Assembly (NCBI GenBank): GCA_051362555.1
Contig: CM120645.1
Location: forward strand, 5,022,001 to 5,086,000
Length of the DNA: 64,000 bases
Reading direction: 5' to 3'
Source: Lingula anatina
Lineage: Eukaryota; Animalia; Brachiopoda
Shown: one piece after another, positions 40,531 to 51,205 of the stretch
How the letters are laid out: each line of letters begins with the position of its first letter
Position numbering within the stretch: the first letter of the stretch is position 1
The notes under the pieces: model-generated
Told to the model about the DNA's origin: nothing
Seen by the model: only the letters and a program-made list of their open reading frames with translations
Databases searched by the model: none
Position numbers and translations under genes: made by a program

Positions 40531-43500
40531 TCGTTTATTCAGTGTCCTTAATTCAAGTATGTTCAATGAACTACAATGCTAGACAAGAAAAAAGCTAAAA
40601 GAGCTATACATTAGTTTATTGTTTATTTTGAATTCGTTTTAAACAGATGTTGACCTCCACACCATGTGAAATATAATCAATTAAACTGCATCATCTAGCG
40701 GTCGAATCATAGTAAGTGGATATTATTTTGGATGAAGCGTAAAAATAAATTAGCATTTGAAGGGTCCTATAGGCTAATAACGAAATTATGGCGTATTCGT
40801 AAAATAGTGTACATTATTACATAATTGTTTTAAGGGTATTGTAAGGGTTTTTGATCATCCAGATATAAAAAAATTGGATTTTTCCTGCATTTAATTATTT
40901 AATAATGCATTTACCTCTGTGCTGATTAAAAACAATAAAAATCCTCACGAAAATATAAAAAAGTGTTTATATGCACTTCAAATAGCGTTTATGGTCAACT
41001 TAACAGCTTTCTATTTTGAGGTGAGATAGCAATCGTTATGGGGCGTAACTCCATCCCTGAATAGGATCTGATCACGAAAAATAGCAGACATGACGACAAG
41101 TGTGTGTGCTGTAATCCTGTATCGTCATTTTGGTTTAAATGATTTTTGTCATGGAGTAATGAGCCCTTAAATACAATGCATTATTGAATAAAGTCTTTAT
41201 TATGCCTTTTTAAAGATAGAATCTGAGCTTAAGTTTTAAGAAAAAATCACTGTCAGAGTTTTGAAGTATTCAATGATGTTATTAAATGGGTGTAAAAGGA
41301 TGCTCAAAAGGGTGCTCAGGTAAAGGAGAAATTTGACAAACAGATTTTGCCCCAATTTTTTACCCCCAAATCGCAATTATGACGTCATCGGTAAGATGAC
41401 ATATGTGTAACGCTAAGGAAATTATTCAGTGTACACTGAAGATTTATCTATTAGCATACAAGTGTATTCGTCAGCAAATATAAGGCGTTTTTTTTTTTGC
41501 TAACCCTGACAGTTCTTGACAGTACCGTGATAGAGTAAAAGTATTATTTTCATCACATCACCTCTTTAATATCCAATGATTTGCCCGTCAGCTGGATATT
41601 GTACACACTATACATTGGGAAGCTCGCTTCACCAGTTTCTGTGAACGCCATGATTCTTCCGTCTAGCTGGGTAAACTCTACAGCTCGCAGATAAACCATG
41701 AAATCACTGGCTGGTAGGTTCACAAGGGCGTGGCATAGTCCAGGTCCGGTACATAAGTCTTTGTGGGCGTTTCTCAAGCCGTGCGCGTACGTGTACACTG
41801 CTGCAATAGTCTCGGCGACGAAATCGTCCGCGCCAATTTGTGGTTTTAACGTGTCGCAGTACGTATAATGCGAACATTTGTATTGCTGAAATATTTATAT
41901 AAAATCATACAAACAATCCACGGTCACCACGTGCCTAGTAGCATAAGTATTGCGAGCAGCCTAATCCCGGTTTCACAAAATAAATAAGCAAATAAATAAA
42001 TATTTACATAAGGTTCCCTGGCTAAGAACTTAATTACCAACGTTACATGGTCACATGGGCACATCTTACCCTGTCAAGAACAGTGTTACAGCGCTCTCAT
42101 GGAAATTTGACAATGCTAGAAATCCTTTTCAACTAAGCCAGGGAACTGACATAAGTGTTTTTGTGAAACTGGGGCCTGCCGCTATTCAGGCGATAAGGAG
42201 AAATCAGCATCTAAATTGTGAAGATGTGTCCTGCCAGCAGGTATTTAGAGTACTTATAGGAAAAATCACTGTTTGGTTCCACTTCAAAACTTCAGAGTTA
42301 GTAAACTGACGGCGTATGTAGTTCATACATATACCAACGCCAGAACTGAAGCATAAGTAGATTAAATTTGATATGAATTACAATGTAATAATACATATAT
42401 ACCTCAAGATGAATTATACAACGGGATACATTACAACTGGCCATATAGTGTGTATTAAACATTTGTATATCAGTCTGTGGTGACCGTAAGTATGAAATCA
42501 TTTATCATGTAAAACTATTAGAAAACTTTTCATACCTGTGCATAATATTTGCTAAAGAATGGGTTGTCGTCGTTGTTTTCTGGGGTCAAAGATACAAAAT
42601 ATTTCTTGAATTCGTCGATAGTAGGCGAGTACGTCTTTGGGAAGATCAAACCTTTGATCACGTTGCTCAAGTATTGGTAGGTTTCGTCGTAGAAAAACGG
42701 AAGCGCCATCACCCATTGCAAATCTGCCGCCTCTGGAACAATTGGTATGGCTGCGTCGACTGCCGTGAAAAAGTCGCGGACAACTTTAGGCGTGGCCACC
42801 ACTATCACACCAGGTGCACCTGAATGAAAATACTTTAAAAATAAACCACCAAGGCCTATCTATAGGCTCAAACTTTCGTGACGAAATATATAAACTCTGC
42901 AGTTTTTTTTCTCTGACTGGGTTTGATATTTATTAGTAAAGATCTTTGTGTGACCAAGATTTAAGGTCATGCAGTAGAAACGCAAGTCAGGGTTAATCAA
43001 TGAAGAAATTCAAATCTACGAGGTGAAAAGGAAGAAAAATTGCACATAACGTTATGGTCAATTGTCATGAATCAGATGGTAAATGCGTGCGTACACTTAA
43101 AATGGTTGAGTTTAACAGTTTCAAAAGTTCGCCAAAATCAACATCACAATATACTGACAATGTAACCTCAGCCAATGTGAGTTTAGAGCAAAGAGCAAAT
43201 GTTGCGTTTTTTTAAAGATTCCTCTTATGTGTGGTTCATACACATCCCTGATATCACTTGGCGTATCTTTAGAATAGTCACCTTTTTTGGAAGCCTCGGT
43301 AAAGTCCTTCACGATGGACAGGTAGTCAGGCTTTGGGTCTTTGTCGGCTACAGATTTTATCTTCATCACACAAATGTTAGCATCTGATGGATCCGCCTGG
43401 CGCAGAATCTCTTCTTTCACTCCCTTGCTGTACGGATCACTCCCAACTAATATTGACACGTGCGTCCAGCCAAGTTTTCTCAAGATTGACATTACGACCT

Positions 43501-43638
43501 GACAGCGATAAAGGCTAAAGTTTGCACAAATATTTGGCCTTCCCTAGTTCGGACATGTATGATACAGTGCATTTATTGTCACAAGTAAATGGCCTTATCG
43601 TTAATCTTGTAGTCTGAACTCAACAGTATACGATATAA

Positions 43639-43693
<55 letters not shown>

Positions 43694-44982
43694 CCTATAT
43701 CTTAGAAGACCCCCCTTTTACCTAGCCGCTTCCCATCACCCAACCCTTTTCGTTACCTTGACATAAGAGGAAACGTTAGAAGCCGTCCTTTGAAAAAGTG
43801 GATAGAGCTCCTTGTCTCCCAGAGCATTGCTGTGAGAGCCGTACGATACCAAGGGCTTCTTGACGCTAGTCAAAAACGAAGCCATCTCCTGTGTCACGTC
43901 ACTATGTAGACTGCCGATCAAACCTAAAATTATTTGCCAATGTGAAGAGAGGGCACAGAATAGCAATCATAAACATGCTCGACGTATACCCTCGTTAGTA
44001 CTTCGTTTATCTTTTTTACCTCTGTAGGCGGTTAGTTCATCTTTTTAAATATATTTTAAACTTTCCTATCCTGGTTAATACACGAACAGGACTGGAGCTT
44101 ACATAATTTTTATGTCGTGTGATGACATTTCATTTGTTCGCATATCCTGCGACTTAAATTTGAGAAAGAATTCATTTTTAGTAAATACACCTGTGGTACC
44201 ATTAAAGAGTTGTCAAAGTTCATAATAGTTCCCAGTCGGTGTACTGTTGTTAATCTCATCTGCCTTTGGTCGTGTTTGGTAGACGTTTACGTAACAGAGG
44301 AATTTCATATTTGACGAAACAAATGCTTGTTTATCCATTTTGTGTATGATGCACTTTGACTAGGCACTTACCTGGATAGGACACATTTGCCGGGCAGATG
44401 TCCCCTGATTCGTCTGTAAATTTTTCTCTCTCAGCCAGAAAATTTACCAATCTCTTCACTCCAACATTGGGTGTCCCACAGTCATCGTAAGTTCGAATGC
44501 CTAAAACACATGAAAGGATTTGTTGTACCCTTTTTCAAATTTTCAGAAAGCGCCAGGCCAGCAAATAATTTTTTCAGCGTAGAACCAAATTTAAGCATTA
44601 AAAAATAAATGGTACCTAACCAAAACTCGACTTTTTTTCGAATTTTAAAAGAGCTTGAAATTCTGTCAACATCTGAATCGAGAGAGAGAGAGGCAAAATA
44701 GAATAAAAACATGGATTTACCAAAGGTGACTCCGGGCAGAAATTTTTCAGCATTCAATTTCTTAACGGCAAAATGTGCCGCTTCCTGCCTGAGGATTCCA
44801 TCGGGGTTTATTACGTCAGAGCACCCGGCAGAACCTCCCCGATGAACGTTGAATGTGGCACCAAGCTGGACATCCGCTTCGGTATTAACGCTTCCAAAAC
44901 GGGTTTTCTCACAATCCTGGCCTAAACCAAGATGCACGGACAGAAAACACAAGCAAACTAGAAGCATATTTACCACGGTCAT
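35447..44982 (-). CDS. mGluR/class-C-GPCR-like protein with three tandem Venus-flytrap (ANF_receptor) domains, a signal peptide and no visible 7TM; ~1,464 aa
   Basis: Eleven exons with GT-AG ends join in frame: 44982-44721, 44500-44372, 43923-43757, 43498-43282, 42819-42536, 41885-41562, 40396-40260, 39539-38222, 37519-37019, 36738-35839, 35602-35447. The domain starts are ADVQLGATFNVH, GDVQLLGVFNAH and QDFTLIGLFPLY. Domain 2 has AVDQINNDPTILPDVKLG, PQISYRSSSPLLSDKKKYPNFLRV, GDGWG and RNVWFREFWEQKFEC. Confidence 0.88.
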
Positions 44983-46969
44983 TTTCGTACCATAGCAGCG
45001 AAAAAATGTACTCTTTAAGATGCGAAAAGTTCGGTGAATTACATGTACGACCAAATAAGTTTGGTCGACAGAGGAGAAACGTTTTAGGTAAAACACCCAA
45101 ACAGTTTCTAAAGAGTGATTTTTTTGTCGCTGGTTTGGTTTAAAAGCAGCAAAGTGTCATTAATCACTTTTCGAACATATGCAAATTGTATGAACCAGTG
45201 GCAATGACAATGAACTAATCAGACTTTCTCGTTACTGATTTGACCAAAATAATGTGACCGTTGTTTGACCAATCAAGGAGTTGTATAAGCAACACCCTGG
45301 ACCAATCAAGTTCATCGCGTCTGGGTTTAAGTTGTTTTGGTGGCCTTGGCTTAACCATCGCAGTCTAATTGGTCGGAAATATTGCACTGACCAAACCTTC
45401 TTTATCTCGGTGGAAAATACAGGCTTGCCGCCATCGGTCATCGGAGAGCAGGCCAATCCTGCGGTGCACGTGTTGTAAGCTGTCCTAAGCAATATCTAAT
45501 TCCAAATGAACTAATCAAACAACTACTCTGATACAAGTTTTGGATTGAAGAACTAGACGGCAAAGTGTGAAAATGCCTAACAGAAGTCATTCCAATCGCT
45601 AGTTTTCAACAAAAACGAACACATTTCAGTAATCAATAACTTTTTGCCAAAATAATCCGATCATACTTTATTTTCGAAATAACTGAGTGCCTTATTATCA
45701 TACACGCCACTCAGTTAATTTTAAGTAAAACAGAATGGTTTTTAGCATTTACTGGTTAAACAATACATGTGATGGACGGCGACGAAGCGGGCTGTCACAG
45801 TTATTAGAATATGCAAAAATGCATGCAATGTCTGTACATGTATAATAGAAATGATGCGTTATTTATTCGGATTATCAAGTATAAACATTGACATACAATA
45901 TGAGAAACCACATGCAAGCGCAATACAAAACAACGATACAAATATTTTTCATGCTGGAACACATCTAGAATACAACAAAGTTAATGATCAGTTCATCAGA
46001 GTGCGTCAATTACTGACCACTAGACACAAGACATCCATATGTATACATACAACAATAAACTTACTACTGACTTAAAAAAGTATTTTCTTATCTGGATGAT
46101 TTCTGGCGTAACTATTCTTTAAACTGCGGCCTTAATGCCAAAAATACATTTAAATCACTACAAATCCTTCCTATAGTAATTAATGCTAATGGCCTACCGA
46201 TATACTGGCTAAGGAAGGGCGTGAACGAGTGTAAAGCTCAATCTAAGTTGTCATCTCTTATAACAACAAGCTCATTGTCGTAGATATATCTCGTTGAACC
46301 AAAGTACATCTAAAAATCGAACAGAAAAGTACGCGCTTCATGAAAGACACGATTATATTTTTTCATGTTAAAATACATTGAAAAAAGACAATGGTCATAA
46401 TCAGTTTGACTGCACCAGACTGTGACTAATACTGGTCACGGTAAACATGCAGTCACGCTATCACTTCGATAATCCATAAATATAAAAATTAATTGAATAA
46501 CGACCTTATTACAGATGTGTTGCTGCTAAAAAAGAAAGAAAAAATGACAGGTAGGGATGCAATGAATTAAGAGCTTTGCCTATGTGTTTATTCCCATAAA
46601 TGCGAACTGAGCACCAGCAATTCTGCATGGTGGATTCAAAGTATTGAGTCAGCAAAATTTTTTGTTTCATCGTCAAACGCAGTTTGAATAAGAAAAGAAC
46701 CTGAAAAATGAACCTTAACAATATTTGCCATATTCCATAGGCATACATTTTAAATGTAAAATGTACCATTTATTTCATAACATTTGTTTTAATTTACTAA
46801 ATGCAAACGGATAAATGTCGTACAAGGGGGACCAGTTATTATTTAAGTTGGAGAGGGAGGAGGGAGGAGAAAATGGGGGTGGGGACCTGATATTTTTAAA
46901 CAAAAATTAGGGTAGTCTCGAAATTTGAAAATAATAGATAAGAGGAGTCTTGAGAAAATTAATTTTTGG

Positions 46970-47032
<63 letters not shown>

Positions 47033-47266
47033 AATTCAGATTTTCTTCATCTTTCAATGTAGAAATTCTTACATTTCTATTGAAATTTGCAATAAAGTGT
47101 TGGTTACACCTTCTCATCATGCGTAATATTAAATTAAGCACCATAAGGTATGGGATATTTGACATCCCACAAAGTATCATATCCCACTAGAATACATGCA
47201 TATATAAAATATTAACAATTTGTGTCTGATTAAATTTCATTATATCTTTTCGACTTTCCTTTCATA

Positions 47267-47710
47267 CAGGGTTGCCAGTTAGTTGGAAAAATAAAAATTC
47301 CCTGACTTTTCACCAAATCCTGATTTTTACTGACCAATACCACCTAATATTTCGGCCTCCACCTTCCCTACAACGTCCAATCCGCCAATAACTGTTTAAT
47401 TTTTTTCATCAAACCAATTTTTATTATGATTTACTAGATAACAAATATGAAAATATTAAAATTTAACATAGATGATGGTTAAAACCTTACTCATGGTTTT
47501 GGTCAGCAAGTGTATGTCTTTTATATTGCTGGAAGAATGTCATAGCTACATAAAATATAAAAAATTTCCTAGAATTTTATTTTTCCCTAACCTTTTCTGA
47601 CGTTGCTGACATGAAGTTTCCTCTGACCAAAATGCCAATTTTCCTGACAATTCACTGACCTTAAATTTAAAAACCATTTTCCTGACTTTTAAAATTATCT
47701 CGCAACTTTG
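47267..47710. mobile_element. TA-flanked MITE (CAGGGTTGCCA termini, internal TTCCCTGAC motifs)
   Basis: TA|CAGGGTTGCCA ... CGCAACTTTG|TA, with repeated TT(C/T)CCTGAC subterminal motifs at both ends. Confidence 0.55.
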
Positions 47711-48766
47711 TATTAGATTTCTTTAATAAAGAAAATGGAATAAGCTCTAGTATTTACTATCTACGGTTAAATCCTGTACATGTCTTATTATAGAGTGCCT
47801 AAATTGAAGAGAAAAATAATGTTTGCATTCAAAAGTGTTTTTTTTTTTTTTTTTTTTTTTTTGTAAAACCATTCAATTTGTACACACATTTTTTTATTGA
47901 AGTCCCCACATGAGTGGAGTTTTTCATGCCATACTCTTTATGTCATAATGAAAAATATGAATTTTGCACAGTTCGTATATTCTTTATTATGGAGGGGGGG
48001 GGGATTTTTCAATCAATCCAGAAGGGGGGATCAAGAAAAAATAAAAAAACTGTCCGGGGTGGGGGAACGTAAACGAGACAAATTATAGATGCAAAAATAG
48101 TAGAATTAAAAAAGAAGAATCAAGGTACTAGTAGCCTGCACTCGATCATCCTGTTACATTTATTAGCATAGGACCGTAGTAAAGATGATTGGCCACATTT
48201 TAATTTTAAATAGCCAAACGAAGAAAAACTTTAAACAAAATAGTGACGAGCTGGATAAAGCTTGTGTACATTTTTCTCTTATAATTATTTACATGCGTCC
48301 TGTTATCTGTTCTATGTGTTAACGAAAAGCTTCTAAATAGATGCAAATAATATCAGCTGATCTGGACTGCCTGATGCTGACGGCTGAATCCCAATCTTTC
48401 AAGAAAATTGTTCATTTTAGGCGCAGTAGTGAGTACAGTAGCAAATCAAGCATATATACCCTTAATAACGATTAGGATTAACATGTACGAATTGACACAT
48501 GAGTTTTCAGTTCGATCAGTTAAATTAATCTGAAAAGCAGCATAATCAATTCAGTACGATTAGACGCTTAGCTGACATTTTGGAAAATGACCCTCTTTTA
48601 CAAATTATGTGTGCTTTAAAACTCAAGTTTGTCAGCAATGAAATGGACTGCTCTGGTAACTTTGTAAATAGAAACCTATTCATTTTTAATATGTGGAATC
48701 TAAATAAATTTCGATTTCAGTCAAACACTAGTGTCCATTTCTTCTTCATTGTAGAGGAAAATTTTT

Positions 48767-51205
48767 TCAAGCAAAATGAAATTTGAAGTGCTCAAAATCT
48801 CCTCTCATGTCGTCACTGGACGGCTGCACGAGGTGCACGTGGTCGATGTCAGTCTCGTCTGACAACATGGTTCTCCACGTCCCTTTAAGATAGTCATTAG
48901 AGTGGATGCAACCCCCGGGGATATAGACAGTGTGGCGAACCGGTACTTTGAAGCCCGTCACGTGCAGCTCGTCGTCACCAACGAATTTCGCCAAGACGAA
49001 AATGCCCGAATCCTCATCAAGTGGACAATCAAGATGGGAGAAGTCGTGCTTTTCGATCCCAGCCCCACCATTTTTGCTTGTGACGTAATCTTCGAGGTAC
49101 TTGTTTTCGTAGGTGAAGTCCTGGATGCCGTGACGATATAGAAGCGAAATCTTCTCTTGTTGGGCGTCGGCGATGCTGCATCCGTAGTACCTCAAGTGCT
49201 CATTGGTAGCGATATCGGTGGCGATGACACCACTGAAATCGTTGGGGAAAATAACCCTGCCCGACTTCCCAGGGGTAGTGCTCGAAGCCCAGCGGACGCC
49301 TTTGACCGTCGTATGTTTAGGGATGAGGGGAGGAAGATCACTGAAGCAGGCAATGTCCATTAAGTTGTATTTCCCTGGAACGATGTCTGCCACCATACCA
49401 TGGCCACCTGTCATGACGGGCTCGCCAGAGGCACCAAGACGACGGAAAGTTGCGAATTTGTCCCATCTGTTGCGCACATATTTTGCCAGCTGGTCAGCAT
49501 CTGTGTCGTGGTATTCCTTTCTGAGCTGGCGCTCAAAGACACTGCTCTCGCCCTCCTCATCTATTTTTTCCATTTTTTCCGCCAGATTTGGAAGCTCTAG
49601 CTCACTTTCTTCCCGCAGGTGCATATCTCGGAAATCTGTAAACGTGATCACACCCTTCTCTTTTTTGTCCATCTTGTTAAACGCATTAAATAATTTTGAT
49701 ACTCGAATGGACCTTCTCTTTTCCCAGTGATATTCTGCAAATTGCTTGAAGTTTAGTGTCCCTGTGCCGTCTCTGTCAGCCTCAAGGAAAGCAGCCCGGA
49801 GTGCTGCCACGCAAGCCCCGTTACCACTCTCATCTATGATGTATCGCAGGAAATAATCTTCAAATTCTGCAAACTCAATCCGTCCATCCAAGTCTTTGTC
49901 TATGGTGTTGAAAACCATGTTTACCTCTTTCTCTGGCATGTTGAGACCAAGTTCGTGGATAAAGGAGGAGAATTCCCCTCGGTCTATACAGCCGTTGCCG
50001 CTGCGGTCAATTTTCACAAAGACAGCTTTGATTTTGCCATTGTTGTTGTCATATACCTCCCCCTCTTCTTCTGAACTGCTGCCCCTGTTATTTAAGGCGT
50101 CTTCAGTGGGGACGATTTGCTTTGGCTTTGTTTTTGGCGGAGACGGTCTTGGATATGGGTTAGGTGACGGCGGTTTAAACGCCTGGTTAGGCTTTTCTTC
50201 CTTAAGACCATGGATTTCAGAAGCTTCATCTCGTTTTTGGCGGAGTTCTCTCAGGAGCTTTTGGACTGGTGTTACTTTTGTTTTACATGCATCGATAACC
50301 TCTTCAAGACTGACAAGCCACGCACGTCTTTCTGCCTTACAAAAGTTGGTTCCACCCAGCTCGCACTCAATCATTGGTAGGTTTGATATCTTGAAACACC
50401 CAGAAAGCTTGTGGACCACCCCCCTGTAGTTACTAGTGTTTTCAAGTTTGGTGTTCTTGGTGATCATAATTTCGCCCTTCTTGTTGACCCCCTTTTCACC
50501 AGAGGCGACCTGCTCGTAGTATTCTAGACAACCTGGCTTCAAGACAAACCATCTTTTGTTCCAATTGGTCCAGTTGGCTTGTTTTCTTGTACGTTTATAC
50601 AGCCAACCTGTCTTCAAGACTTCCTCCACCAGCAGCATGTGCAACTTGTCGATGCAGGCATGAACAGCAGCTGATGTCGATTCCTGGAAGTAGACTTCGT
50701 TCAGCTTGTCCACCAATTCTTGAAATGTGGCGCCTTGGTTTTTGAATGTGACATCTTTGGTTTTCCAGTGTTTATCCAGCATGGAGGCCACTTTATCGCT
50801 GAGCCAATTGCGTTCTTCCGGGGCCACGACTGGAGGGTAGGAACCTTCTTGTGCAAGGCGGTTGACAACTTGCCAGAGGTGGAAAAGGTCCTTGTCGGGT
50901 AGCGCACTACTGTAGGCCTCTCTACACATGGTCCAGCATGCTCTTTCTATGTCGTTGAACACAACATTAGGGGCAAACCCTTTCTCAGCAAGCGCTTTGG
51001 AAACGTAAGTTTTATATTTGTCGAATGTCACTGCATCGTCTGTGAAAGTTTCATTAAATTTGTGATCGGAATAGTTGACTGACTGCAGATGGGCCAACTG
51101 GGCTGTGGTTTTCTTTAAAGAATTGTGTTGAAGAGTTTTGGTGCCTTTGTCCGTCTCTTGGGCAAAAGCTGCTTGCCAAACACACATTAATTGCTCCCCA
51201 GGCAT
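48767..51205 (-). CDS. SWAP-70/DEF6-like N-terminus plus PH domain, four EF-hands and a C-terminal ureidoglycolate-lyase-like cupin; 812 aa, intronless CDS
   Basis: SWAP-70-like blocks are CVWQAAF, IERACWTMC and DLFHLWQVVNRLAQEGSYP. The PH domain starts EEVLKTGWLYKR...NWNKRWFVLKP. EF loops are DRSGNGCIDRGE, DKDLDGRIEFAE, DRDGTGTLNFKQ and DKKEKGVITFTD. The C-terminus has ATNEHLRYYG...IEKHDFSHLDCPL...GFKVP...VYIPGGCIH. An acceptor TTTCAG|AACCATG precedes the start codon. Confidence 0.88.
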   Translation of the reverse strand: MPGEQLMCVWQAAFAQETDKGTKTLQHNSLKKTTAQLAHLQSVNYSDHKFNETFTDDAVTFDKYKTYVSKALAEKGFAPNVVFNDIERACWTMCREAYSSALPDKDLFHLWQVVNRLAQEGSYPPVVAPEERNWLSDKVASMLDKHWKTKDVTFKNQGATFQELVDKLNEVYFQESTSAAVHACIDKLHMLLVEEVLKTGWLYKRTRKQANWTNWNKRWFVLKPGCLEYYEQVASGEKGVNKKGEIMITKNTKLENTSNYRGVVHKLSGCFKISNLPMIECELGGTNFCKAERRAWLVSLEEVIDACKTKVTPVQKLLRELRQKRDEASEIHGLKEEKPNQAFKPPSPNPYPRPSPPKTKPKQIVPTEDALNNRGSSSEEEGEVYDNNNGKIKAVFVKIDRSGNGCIDRGEFSSFIHELGLNMPEKEVNMVFNTIDKDLDGRIEFAEFEDYFLRYIIDESGNGACVAALRAAFLEADRDGTGTLNFKQFAEYHWEKRRSIRVSKLFNAFNKMDKKEKGVITFTDFRDMHLREESELELPNLAEKMEKIDEEGESSVFERQLRKEYHDTDADQLAKYVRNRWDKFATFRRLGASGEPVMTGGHGMVADIVPGKYNLMDIACFSDLPPLIPKHTTVKGVRWASSTTPGKSGRVIFPNDFSGVIATDIATNEHLRYYGCSIADAQQEKISLLYRHGIQDFTYENKYLEDYVTSKNGGAGIEKHDFSHLDCPLDEDSGIFVLAKFVGDDELHVTGFKVPVRHTVYIPGGCIHSNDYLKGTWRTMLSDETDIDHVHLVQPSSDDMRGDFEHFKFHFA

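Noticed and set aside
43121-43281. ORF extension DYSKDTPSDIRDVYEPH... of the flytrap gene
   Set aside because: Phase compatibility with the next exon requires the donor at 43281, so the extension is intronic.
49203-50429. Long plus-strand ORFs (175 and 177 aa), and likewise 38463-39002
   Set aside because: These are antisense shadows of real minus-strand coding sequence.
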